Source: Octopus sinensis | Lineage: Eukaryota | Length of the DNA stretch: 31,612 bases | Reading direction: 5' to 3' | NCBI RefSeq assembly: GCF_006345805.1 | Contig: NW_021832211.1 | Coordinates: 1 to 31,612 of the forward strand | Part shown: positions 11,301 through 22,987 of the stretch, in pieces | Layout: the number at the start of each line of letters is the position of its first letter | Numbering within the stretch: position 1 is the first letter of the stretch | The notes under the pieces: generated by a model | What the model was told of the DNA's origin: nothing | The model's input: the letters and a program-made list of their open reading frames with translations, nothing else | Databases searched by the model: none | Program-made: the position numbers and the translations under genes

Positions 11301-11957
11301 CTAACTACCTTAAAATCCGAGTCGAATCCCAACTTCATGGGCCTCATGAACCTATGTGCATGTCGTAGAGTGCTAGACTTATCTATTTCACTCGACTACG
11401 TTATGATTTCAAATCCGGCTTGGATTAATATTACCGGAGCCACAAAAGTAAGCAGTAACTAAAGCTCTGAGTCGAGTCAGATAACCAAGAGAAGTTTTTC
11501 GGGTTTTCTCACACTCAAGAATTCCATTCATTTTAGCGGTTTCCGTCTTTGAGCTGTTGTCATACTGGGGCACCACCTTCAGTAATTTTTTAAGACCGAC
11601 TCCAATAATCACATGAGAGGATGCTGAAAAGTTCCTCGATTTATAGTTATCGCGAAGGGCCTAACTGTAGGCTCAACCTTTCAAGTTGTTTTACAGGGTT
11701 TAGAAAAACTGAAGGACCGCTGCAATAAGTGCGTGAATCTGAGAAAGGAATATGTTGAATATTCTTTTTAGTTATCTGAGTCGACTCAAAGCTCTGGTTA
11801 CTACTTCGTTTTGTGGCTCCGGTAATATTAATCCAAGCCGGATTTGAAATCAAAACGTAGTCGTATGAAATAGATAAAAGTCTTGCGGCCTATGACATGC
11901 ACATAAGCTCATGAGGCCCATGCAGTTGGGATTCAACCCGGATTTTAAGGTAGTTAA
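11301..11957. mobile_element. Fold-back/MITE with ~190-bp inverted arms, CTAA/TTAA flanks
   Basis: 11301-11493 is the reverse complement of 11762-11957; the spacer contains unrelated repeat pieces. Confidence 0.85.
11612..11762 (+). mobile_element. Mariner-derived non-autonomous fragment
   Basis: tgctgaaaagttcct TIR-like start; encodes LQGLEKLKDRCNKCVNLRKEYVE, typical of a mariner C-terminus. Confidence 0.7.
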
Positions 11958-11963
11958 TGATAT

Positions 11964-12034
<71 letters not shown>

Positions 12035-12092
12035 TATATACACACGCACACAAATATGCTCACAATCATTCATCGTCAAAGGTATGTGTATG

Positions 12093-12261
12093 CAAGGCCG
12101 GCTCAAGGTAACGGCAACTCGGGGAGTCGCCCGGCACCATGTGCTACGGGGCGCCAGGTGCTACGAGGCATGACAGAGACAAGGAAGTTTTCATGACCGT
12201 CAGCTTGTACACGCCAAAGTTCAGCTTGCCCGCGGCGCCAGCAAACCCAGGGCCGGTCCTG
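12093..12261. mobile_element. Short GC-rich hAT-like MITE
   Basis: Termini CAAGGCCGG ... CCGGTCCTG; no TSD retained. Confidence 0.5.
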
Positions 12262-12574
12262 ACCCTAATCAAAACCCTTATCATCGAACTATTTCGCTAC
12301 TAGCTACAAATTTAGCCTTTTACATTGTAGTAGGCACTTCAACGCACTAAAAGCTGTAACTGTTCGATCGGCCTTACGAATTGTGTGCGTTCTGCGTGAC
12401 CCGCTTAGGCTGGTCACCTTACTGAGGTGTGTTTGCAGTAAGCTGGGGCTATGTTTAATGAAAGGGTAAGATGATTTGGGGAAGTCCGAATTGGCCATTG
12501 CACGGGGTGGCTGAAACCCACGCAAGGTCATTGAGAGATTGAGTGTGTTTATCTAGTTTGTATGAAATATACAT

Positions 12575-12914
12575 CGGATCGGAGACCCCCTTCGGTTACG
12601 AATGACCATGGGATTGCCCCTAGAAAGTTACCCTCCGAGGCACAAGTCCAGGCAAGGTTGTTTAAGGAAGACCAGCAGTCACCCATGCATACCCCTCTCC
12701 GTGCCACCGATGTCATTCAAGGGAGAGGCAAAGGGGCCGATACAGCTTGTCCCCATTGACGTCGCAACTCATTTTTACAGCTGAGTGAACTGGAGCAACG
12801 TGAAATAAAGTGTCTTGCTCAAGAACACAACACGCGCAGCCCGGTCCGGGATTCGAACTCCCAACCTCACGGTCATAAGTTCGACACTCTAACCACTGAG
12901 CCATGTGCCTTCAC
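12575..12914 (-). mobile_element. SINE family D, full length, with 12-bp TSD
   Basis: A box tggctcagtgg, B box gagttcgaatcc; TSD tgaaatatacat at 12563-74 and 12915-26. Confidence 0.92.
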
Positions 12915-13189
12915 TGAAATATACATACATTCATAAGAACGAAAGTATATCAGATTAAATCCGATAAAACAAATAGTCACAAGAGTTGAACATCGATATT
13001 GTTTTTGTTTTTGTTGTTGTTGTTGTTGTTGTTGTTGCAGATATATTTGTCAAAGGTAGGGCGTATTGCTTGATAAAAGATTCCTTCAGTGTGTGATGAC
13101 GTTTCTGTTTTCTTATATCGAGTTGGCATCTAAGTGTGCATACGTGTACGACACACACACACAATCACACACACTTGTTTTATTTATAT

Positions 13190-13495
13190 TTCCTGAGCGC
13201 CATACTAATACAATTGTTTGTTTGTATTCCACCTGCCTTCGTCTTTTGTTTATTTCCGTAAACCTGCCTTCGTCTTTTGTCTATTTTCATAAAGCTTCCC
13301 GTTATATATATATGTGATCTCTTGAGCACCACCAGCTCAAATATTTTTTCCTCTGTCTTCCCTTCTTGGGATCTTTCCTTCTCCTTGTTTCCGACGAAGA
13401 GCTCCGCTCGAAACGTGAAACCCTCCTTCCCTTCTTTCCTGCGTTGCTGTGTTTTTTCTCTTTTTTTCTGTGTTTTCTTGTTTGGATTAACTTTA
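13190..13495 (+). mobile_element. Penelope-like terminal-repeat fragments containing a hammerhead-like motif
   Basis: 13190-13310 is similar to the reverse complement of 25275-25350; hammerhead-like motif at 13387-13421. Confidence 0.5.
13387..13421 (+). ncRNA. Minimal type-I hammerhead-like motif, variant core
   Basis: GTTT-CCGACGA-A-GAGC(tcc)GCTC-GAAA-CG-TG-AAAC. Confidence 0.5.
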
Positions 13496-13535
13496 TATAT
13501 ATATTTATATGTATTAATATATATCTATCTATCTA

Positions 13536-13603
<68 letters not shown>

Positions 13604-13644
13604 ATAATAAATCTCTGAGCGAGGTATAAACAGTAACTGCTCTT

Positions 13645-13774
13645 TAATATAAGCGGGATCAGCCATCTGAATGTGGCTAGGGACAGGCGGGTGGTGGGGG
13701 TGTTACTGATGCATTTAGCCCCAGGCGACTATTGACGTCACCAGAAGAGCCACATTCAGATGGCTGATCCCGCT

Positions 13775-13781
<7 letters not shown>
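13645..13781. repeat. Perfect 34-bp inverted repeat, 69-nt spacer
   Basis: taatataagcgggatcagccatctgaatgtggct at 13645-78; reverse complement at 13748-81. Confidence 0.93.
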
Positions 13782-13824
<43 letters not shown>

Positions 13825-14121
13825 TATATATTATATATATATATATATTATATATATATATATATATATATGTAAATATATATATATATGTGTGTGTGTG
13901 TGTACAGGTGCACATATATATATACGTGTAAGTATGCAGTGTTATAAGTATGCAAGTGTGCATACACATGCACGCACGCACGCGAAGGTTGTACAGGAGT
14001 GCAAAAACTGGTGCAGTTTCTTTTATTATCAACTGACACAGATCGCTCAGATTGCATATGTCGATAGAGTACCTGGTCCTCTCTTGTAACTCTTAATCCT
14101 GTTCTTCATTACCGGAAAATA

Positions 14122-15150
14122 ATGGATTCCAAGCAGAAACAACACGCTGTCACTGAGGTTTTGACGAAGAAGGCCGCAGATTTTTTTTTTAGTGAGATGA
14201 GATCATTAACAAGAGAAATATGAACCGATGGATGAAGTCTATAGAAGGGGAAACCAGTATTGAAGACAGACGAGGGTGACCATCAACTGCGACCACTAAA
14301 ACGAACCCTGGAAGTGGAAGAACTGATTAGCACAAGATAGAAGAGCCATTATCTATGAGCTTGCCACATAACTGAATCGTGGTTACAATGTTTTACGGAA
14401 GATGGTAGAATACTTTGGGTTTGATAAACTGTGTACAAAGGGGCTACTCGAGTTATTAATACCCGATTTGAAGAAAAGAAGGGTGGATGTCTACTCTGAT
14501 CTGCTGGAAGCACTGAAACTACCGAAGATACGGTTCTTTTCCTTCTAGTCACAGCGGATGAACTATGGCAGTTTCTGGAAGGGCGTCACACCTTTTCTCC
14601 AAGGCCCAAGAAGTTCAAGAACAAGCGATCGGTACAGAAAGACACAGAGATTGTTTTGGGGATGACAAGGGTGTCACTCGTCTTGATTGGTCCCTAACCT
14701 ATTTCTTTACTACCCACAAGGGGCTAAACACAGATAGGACAAACAAGGACAGACAAAGGGATTAAGTCGATTATATCGACCCCAGTGCGTAACTGGTACT
14801 TAATTTATCAACCCTGAGAGGATGAAAGGCAAAGTCGACCTCGGCGGAATTTGAACTCAGAACGTAACGGCAGACGAAATACGGCTACGCATTTCACCCG
14901 GCGTGCTAACGTTTCGGCCAGCTCGCCGCCAAACCACCATACAACCAAGATCTGGTTCCTTTCAATATCCACCGGTTTGGATCAGTGAAGGAGAGATTTC
15001 GGAGATAACGATTTAGTGACACAGACGAAGTGGAGATTATTGCCCGGATTTGAGGCGAAGGGAACCCGAGAGTTGGGTTTAACGATAGTGTCAGTGCATC
15101 GCTTATGGTGTTAGAAGCTTTGCATAGAGAAAAGTTATGGTACTAACATA
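14122..15150 (+). pseudogene. Decayed mariner transposase, interrupted by SINE-B
   Basis: Frameshifted peptides TSIEDR, PSTATT, LLIPDLKKRRVDV, LVTADELW, PRPKKFKNKRS, DDKGV, PPYNQDLVP (YSPDLAP-like), RFSDTDEV. Confidence 0.8.
14700..14931 (-). mobile_element. SINE family B, full length
   Basis: Near identical to other B copies. Confidence 0.9.
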
Positions 15151-15259
15151 TGCATTTTAAGCGACCTATGCTTGTTAAAAAAACCTTATGCCTATTTCTG
15201 CTTTGCCCTTGGTATAGCCTTCCTCCGTGTATGCGTGCTGAGTGCGTGTGCGAGTGTGC

Positions 15260-15276
15260 GTGCGTGTGTATGTATG

Positions 15277-15310
<34 letters not shown>

Positions 15311-15760
15311 TGTATGTATGTATGTATGTATGTGTGTGTGTATGTATGTATGTATGTATGTGTGTGTATGTATGTATGTATGTATGTATGTATGTATATG
15401 TATGTATGTATGTATGTATATGTATGTACGTATGTATGTATGAAAGTATGTAAGCAGGTGCATGTATGTATGTATGCATGTGTGTGTGTGTATGTGTGTG
15501 TGTATGTATGTATGTATGTGTGTGTGTATGTATGTATGTATGTATGTGTGTATGTATGTATGTATGCATGTATGTGTGTCTGTATGTATGTGTGTGTGTA
15601 TGTATGTATGTATGTATGTTTGTGTGTGTATGTATGTATGCATGTATGTGTGTATGTATGTATGTATGTATGTATGCATGTATGTGTGTCTGTATGTATG
15701 TATGTGTGTGTATGTATGTATGTATGTATGTATGTGTGTGTGTATGTATGTATGTATGTA

Positions 15761-15791
<31 letters not shown>

Positions 15792-15840
15792 ATGTGTGTG
15801 TGTATGTATGTATGTATGTAAGCACGTGTATGTATGTATG
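15260..15840. repeat. Compound (TATG)n/(TG)n array
   Basis: Read directly. Confidence 0.96.
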
Positions 15841-16527
15841 ATTTAATATTTTTGAAGTTCCGTATGCGGCTCAAGGGCCCCCAGTTTCGTGCCAGTGTAC
15901 TTCTATCAATTATGCAGCTACAAAGCCAATAGATCATAAATGCATACTCTGCCATGTGTATGGATTTCTATTTCAGCCGTTTATACAACACCCATTCGCC
16001 TCTGTGACTGTGTGGTGTGTGTGTGTGTGTGTATGCCTATTGATTATTACTTTTTTTAATTACTTTTTATACACACAAACAAAATAAAAATGTAACTCAT
16101 TCACCAAAGGCAAAGAATCGAATTGAAAAGAAGACATTCACCACTCTTTTAATGATAAGTACAACAATGAGCGAAAAGGCAGATATTATTCTGTCTTTAT
16201 GCTACAGTATTTCATGTATTTTGAAGCTTCATTTGCGGTCATTGGTTCAACCAACAACACACATTTGCATATAGATTTAACAAGAGGGGAAAATGCTAAT
16301 TGTGGCTTGCTAAGAATAAAATATAAACCATTTAATTATGCAATGAATTCCATAGATTAAAAATATTTCTATAATTAATTGGAAATCATTTTTTTTTATT
16401 CATTAAATTATTGATATACAAATGATTTTAGCCAGGGTATTCGCTATCTGCATGCGTAACAATAGGACCCGAAGTCGTTCTATATTTTAATTTATAAAAC
16501 AAATGTATGTTTGTATGTATATATCGT

Positions 16528-16898
16528 GGCACCCCGTCGGTTGCGACGACGAGGGTTCCAGTTGATCTGATCGACGGAAAAGCCTGCTCGTGAAATTAAC
16601 GTGTAAGTGGCTGAGCACTCCACAGACACGTGTACCCTTAACGTAGTTCTCGGGGGAGATTCAGCGTGACACAGAATGTGACAAGGCTGGCCCTTTGAAA
16701 TACAGGTACAAGAGAAACAGGAAGAAAGAGTGAGAGAAAGTTGTGGTGAAAGAGTACAGCAGGGTTCGTCACCACCCTCTGCCGGAGCGTCGTGGTGCTT
16801 TAGCTGTTTTTGTTCAATAAACACTCACAACGCCGGGTCTGGGAATCGAAACCGCGATCCTACACACTACCCTAAACACTGGGCCATTGCGCCTCCAC
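16528..16898 (-). mobile_element. SINE family C, full length
   Basis: Reverse complement matches 8373-8759. Confidence 0.9.
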
Positions 16899-17096
16899 AT
16901 GTATGTATGCATACATATACATATATGAGCGTCAATGTTGACCGTGTATGTCTAAGTGACTTTTGTTGTTTTTTCCTAATTTTTATTTGAGATTTATCTA
17001 TGTGTGTATGTATGTGTGTGTACGTGTGTGTGTGTCTGTGTCTCTGTGTGTGTGCGTGTGTGTGTGTGTGTCTGTGTGTGTGTCTACGTAGGAGCA

Positions 17097-17515
17097 TCGT
17101 ACAGGTATGGCTAGTTGGTAAGCAGCATGCTTCCCAGTCACAAGGTCCCGAGTTCAGTCCCACTGCGTGGCACCTTGGGCAAGTGTCTTCTACTATAGCC
17201 TCGGGCCAACCAAAGCCTTATGAGTGGATTTGGTAGACGGAAACTGAAAGAAGCCCGTCGTATATGTGTATAAATGTGTGTGTGTGTGTGTGTAGGTGTA
17301 TACTTTTGCGTATGTTTTAGTGTATCTTCGTCCCTCACCATCGCTTTATAGCCGGTGTCATTTTGTTTACGTCCCTGTTCGGCAAAAGTGATCGATAGGA
17401 TAAGTACTAAGCTTTGAAAAAAATGTACAGGGTTCAATTTATTCGACTAAAGTCTTTCAAGGAGGTGATCCAGCATGGCCACAGTCTAATAGCTGAAACA
17501 AATAAATGGTAAAAG
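17097..17515 (+). mobile_element. SINE family A (diverged)
   Basis: Head, internal (TG)n and 3' body all present. Confidence 0.85.
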
Positions 17516-17589
17516 ATATAAAAAAAAAAAAAGAAAAATGCGCGTATTTCAATGTTCGAAAATTCGATCTGTTTACTCGCCATTCATAA

Positions 17590-18143
17590 ACACATAGACA
17601 TCTGCATGGACACACGCACACACACACACACACACTCTCACACACACACGCACACGCGCGCGCGCACACACACACCTACATACAAACACAAGAATATACA
17701 CATACATACAAACATACACACACACACACAGAAGCACACAAACATACACACCTGCACAGTAACACACAAGAACATACACATACATAGAAGCACACACACA
17801 AACACACATATGCACAAGCACATACACATACATACAAACACACCTATACACATGCACACGAGAACAAACGCATATATACAAACACTCACACACACACACC
17901 TACTAAGAAAACACAAACACACATACACACAAGAACACACATAAACACACACATACGCATACACACCAATACACCTACACACGAAATCATACACATACAT
18001 ACAGGCACACGCACACACCTACACGCAAAAACATACACAGAAGAACATACATACAAACACACACGCACACACACACATACCTACACACACACACACCTAC
18101 ACGCAAAAACACATAGACACACCCCACTGATAACAAACACACA
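17590..18143. repeat. Degenerate CA-rich low-complexity tract immediately upstream of the NPC2 promoter
   Basis: Read directly. Confidence 0.9.
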
Positions 18144-18171
18144 TGGCTCTTCTCCCACCTCGTTCTAACAT

Positions 18172-18251
18172 ATCACGCCATCTTCCGAGAAACTGCCGCC
18201 AATCAAACCACTCGTAACGTCACTAAATATCCACCATTTTGCCTTATATAT
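18172..18251 (+). promoter_or_regulatory. Putative NPC2 proximal promoter: SRE-like ATCACGCCAT (18172-81), STAT/GAS TTCCGAGAA (18183-91), CCAAT box (18199-203), CRE-like TAACGTCA (18215-22), TATA-like TATATA (18245-50)
   Basis: Motifs read directly in the short non-repetitive stretch 80-160 nt upstream of the ATG; function is inferred. Confidence 0.45.
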
Positions 18252-18331
18252 CTTTTATCCGTACTCTACAAACCATATCGAAATTTTCAACAAAAATCCT
18301 CTCTGCAAACCTTAGCTTGTCTCCTCCGACC

Positions 18332-18413
18332 ATGAATAACAGCCTCCACTTCATACCTCTTTTCCTCTTCGCATTCGCAGTCGTCGTTGGTGCTTCGCCA
18401 TACCAAGCTTGCC
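18332..18413 (+). CDS. NPC2: NPC2-like exon 1 (signal peptide, MNNSLHFIPLFLFAFAVVVGASPYQAC)
   Basis: ccgaccATG start context; donor GTAAGT at 18414; 82 nt coding. Confidence 0.88.
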
Positions 18414-21400
18414 GTAAGTTATTCAGGATTTTGTTTTTTTCCTTTTTTTTTGTTATTTGTTTTAGTCATTTGATTGCGGCCATGCTGGAGCACCGGTTTT
18501 AGTCGAACGAATCGACCCCCCCCCCAGGACTTATTCTTTTGTAAGCCTAGTTCTTTATTCTATCGGTTCTCTTTTGGCGAACCGCTAGGTTACGGGAACG
18601 TAGACACGCCAACATCGGTTGTCAAGCGATGGTGGGGGAAAAACACAGACACACAAACACAAACAAAATTTTTGGTCGAATGAATTGACCCAAGTGCATT
18701 TTTTCGCTTGTATTTTTTTAAAGCCTGATACTAACACTATCGGTTATTTTTGCTGAACCGCTATGTTACGGCAAAAGATACAAAGACGCGCGTGCGCGTA
18801 TATACACATACATATACGGAAATATATATTATTTGTATATATACATAGACACACATATACATAAAATAAAGAGAGAGAGAGAGACAGATGGAGTGTGTGT
18901 CAACAATGGGACTCTTATGCGGTCCTTGGAACTCCTTGAAATAGAAGTAAGATTTCTTCCAAACAAAAAAAAAAAAAAGGAAAACTGAAAAATACTTCAC
19001 AGAAAAAAAATCTAAATAAAACAGAGAAAAAGAAAGCTAAATGAGAGAAAATTCCCAGGAAACCATATTTCATTGACAAATTTACTGTTTTTGTTACATT
19101 TGTAAAACCCAGAACAAAACCTGATTGTTTCAGCTCCCACCCCCACCCATACGTGAAAAATAATTTCCTTTCTACAAAAACATTACACACACATATACAC
19201 ACACATCATGTGTGTATAAGTCACGTGTTGTCAGTTAATATGCGACTTAGTTTTTCATGCTTATTGCGCAGATATGGCTCTGCTGTTTAGAAGTCCGCTT
19301 TCTAACCATGCGGCCTGGGTTTCAGTCCCATTACGCAGACCCTTGGGCAAATGTTTTATTTATTTACTTTTAGCAATCGCCCAGGGATTACCTACCAATG
19401 CTTTATGAGAGAATTTGGCAGACGGAAACTGAAAACAGGCACATGTGTGTGTGTGTGTGTATCAAAAAGGATGAAAGCCATATTTTCATTAGGCCAGTTT
19501 CCCTGGATCCTTTGACTCAGTGGTTCTTAACCTTATTATTTTTGTTCCTACTCGAGCCATGCCTGGCTTATAAGGGCCGGTTTCCCGGTTTCCCGGTTTC
19601 CTTGGCGTATAGGTCCCCCACCTGGACGGGACGCCGGTCCGTCGCAGGTGAACCGCAAGATGCAGGAGGAAAGAGTGAGAGTAAGTTGTGGCGGAAGAGT
19701 CAGTAGAAGTTTGCCATTACCTTCTGCCGGGGCCGCGTGGAGCTTAGGTGTTTCGCTCATAAACACACACAACGCCCGATCTGCGATTCGAACCCGTGAT
19801 CCCTCGACCGCGAGTCCGCTGCTCTAACCACTAGGCCATGTGCCTCCACTCTTAACTTTATTGGAGGTACTGAACCCTGCAAGTTTCATCAAGGAGTTCA
19901 CCGAAACCCTTCGTAATTGGAAAAAATTGGAAAAATAAAATATTTTTTATTAGTGCACAAAACTAACAAAACCAACAAAACCTGAATTTTACACAAAAAT
20001 ATAACTCAATGAATATTTACTGCAAATAAATGTGACTTTTGCTGTTGCCTTGGCGAGTATCACTCTCATATCATTTTTGCCACAAAGTCTGTTCCTTTTC
20101 TGAATTTTTTTCATGTCTACCTTCCTCGAAAAGGATTGCTCTCAAAGCTACGTTGTAACAAATGATGTGAGTATCTCAAGGGCTTTCTTAGCAATAAGAG
20201 GGTGTGGTACGATTTGGTGACCCCCAAAATGTTGAGACTGTTGTTGTTCTGAAGAGTTGCTGTTGAAGCTAGCTCTGCTGAAGTTCAATGATTTCTATTT
20301 CTTTACTACACACAAGGGGCTAAACACAGAAGGGACAAACAAGGACAGACAAACGGATTAAGTCGATTACATCGACCCCAGTGCGTAACTGATACTTATT
20401 TAATCGACCCCGAAAGGATGAAAGGCAAAGTCGACCTCGGCGGAATTTGAACTCACAACGTAGCGGCAGACGAAATACCGCTAAGCATTTCGCCCGGCGT
20501 GCTAACGATTCTGCCAGCTCACCGCCGTAAGTTCAATGATTTCGTTGAGGTATTCATTGCTGACATCTGCTGTCGCAACACTAAACGTAGATGGCAGTCT
20601 CATCTATATTGGATATGACCCTCTGGTGGGAAAGTATCCGTCGAGAGACTTTACGAACTCATCTAAGTGCATGGCAGTTGCTTCGCACGTACAGAAATGT
20701 TTCCAATTCCAGACATTCTTTCGATCTTACTTACACAGTCGCCCAGCAGAGCAAAGTTTGTGAAGCTATTAGTCTCTGTTCGTCGTTTCCATAAAGGTAG
20801 CTTTTTTAAAAAAAAAAAACGCCTTCAGGTTTTCTTCCACTTCGATGATGTTGACGCCACCACCCTGCATCTGTAAACTGAGATGATTGAAAGCATCGGA
20901 AATATCGACTATGTACACCAAAATGAGAAAAAATTCAAAATTTTTGGAACACTCTGATGAAGGAGCAAGAATTCCCGAAATATGCATATACACTCTCTTT
21001 ACTCTCTTTTACTCTTTCACTTGTTTCAGTCATTTGACTGCGGCCATGCTGGAGCACCGCCTTTAGTCGAGCAAATCGACCCCAGCACTTATTTTTTGTA
21101 AGCCTAGTACTTATTCTATCGGTCTCCTTTGCCTAACCGCTAAGTTACTGGGACATAAACACACCAGCATCGGTTGTCAAGCGATGTTGGGTGGGTGGGA
21201 CAAACACAGACGCACAAACATATACACACACATACATATATATATACATATATACGACGGGCTTCTTTCAGTTTCCGTCTACCAAATCCACTCACAAGGC
21301 TTTGGTCGGCCCCAGGCTATAGTAGAAGACACTTTCCCAAGGTGCCACGCAGTGGGATTGAACTCAGAATCATGTGGTTGGTAAGCAAGCTACTTACCAC

Positions 21401-21768
21401 ACAGCCACTCCCGTGCCTATAATCTATTTTTCTATCTAGTATCGTATTGCTTATATAAACGTATTCGTGTACGTGACGTCGTAACTTTCATTGCTGACTC
21501 TAATTTCTATTAAAAAAATCCGTAGAAATAACTTTTAAAAGTGAAATATTAATGAATCTGCGTTTTTAATTTCAGAATCGGAACTTGGTACCGTCAGCGA
21601 TGTCCGCGTCTCCAAATGCGACAATTCACCGTGTATTTTACCCAGGGGTGGACAAGTAACTATTGAAGTCGACTTTACTCTTAGTAGGTTCTCTCTGATT
21701 GTTTCTGATTAATTATCCATGTTGTATCGTTGTTGTTTAATGTAGCAGCTGTTATTGTTGTTGTTGTT

Positions 21769-21814
<46 letters not shown>

Positions 21815-22948
21815 GGTGGTGGTGGTGGTGGTGGTAGTGGCGACCCCTTATCTCCTTCATACTTGAATATGCCATGCTAAAGAATCAGGAAACTGCACCG
21901 TAAGATATCACTCATCGCCACATTGTAGTGTTGATGTATATGATCGTGATGGTGATGGTAATGATGGTAGTAATAGTAGTGGTGGTGGTGGTGGTGGTTC
22001 TTGTTTGGCCGCATCGAATACCTATCACTCGAAGACATTCCAACCATGACCTTACTTCAGTATTTTCCAGCGGGAAATACATGTTTCTTTATTACCAACA
22101 AGGGGCTAAACATAGAGGGGACAAACAAGGACAAACAAACGGATTAAGTCGATTACATCGACCCCAGTGCGTAACTGGCACTTAATTTATCGACCTCGAA
22201 AGGATGAAAGGCAAAGGCGACCTCGGCGGAATTTGAACTCAGAACGTAGCGACAGACGAAATACTGCTGAGCATTTCGCCCAGCGTGCTAACGTTTCTGC
22301 CAGCTTGGCGCCTTTCCAGCAGGAAATACCAAAATTTTGTTCTAGTTGCTTTTGGAAATTCAAATTTAAATCCCATTCTATTACAAACAAACGACATAGA
22401 GAGGAACCCTGGTCGATTCAATTTATCGTAGAAGGGGCCACAGAACTTATAAAAACCATTGTAAATGATGTTATTCGAAGCCTATATTGTTTTGTATGTT
22501 CTTGGGTCAATGTCTGTTTTTTCGTTTTAAGACGGTAGCGCTGTGCTTATGAGGTGAATTTACTATTATGTCTTGGAAATATTGAAGAATTTACATTTCT
22601 GAAATACGCTGTTGAATTTTCATAAAGTTAAGAAATTATTCTGCTATTTTGGTTCTAGGTGCTGAAGTCAAAACCGCTCAAGAAAGTGTCTTTGGAATCA
22701 TCAACGGCATGCACTTGCCCTTCCCAACAACAAGCCCTAATGCCTGCTCCGGTAAGGGTCTCACTTGTCCTCTGAAACAAGGTGTTAAGTACACCTACAA
22801 GTCGGTCATTCCTATCTCTTCAATTTTCCCTAAGGTAAGAGTAAGAAATGTTCTCTTTTTGTTTTTGTGTTTTCTTTTAGACAAATAGAAAGAGGAAGGG
22901 AGACAATGAGAGAGAGAGAGAGAGAGAGAAGAGACAGACAGAAATAGA

Positions 22949-22987
<39 letters not shown>

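Larger units (their letters stand above)
19518..20990 (-). mobile_element. hAT (Charlie/Buster-type) transposon 3' half with decayed transposase, in NPC2 intron 1
   Basis: TIR CAGTGGTTCTTAAC at 19518; minus-strand peptides LQMQGGGVNIIEVEENLKAF, KLPLWKRR, SLDGYFP, PLIAKKALEIL..FVTT*L*EQSFS, KRNRL..NDMRV (hAT dimerisation domain). Confidence 0.85.

Noticed and set aside
10618-11347. Long ORFs (190-230 aa) of MYVC/HTYI repeats; likewise 15143-15955 and the many HT/CV/IY ORFs
   Set aside because: Translations of stop-free microsatellites, open in several frames on both strands
19220-19227. GTCACGTG, partial CLEAR/TFEB-type motif in NPC2 intron 1
   Set aside because: Single incomplete 8-mer about 900 bp from the start codon; chance-level
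20954-20990. CTGATGA...GAAA-TATGCATA-TA hammerhead-like string
   Set aside because: No stem I partner, imperfect stem II, and it lies antisense within or at the edge of the hAT transposase remnant; likely chance
22649-22888. ORF-track 79-aa product as a standalone gene
   Set aside because: It is NPC2 exon 3 plus intronic read-through
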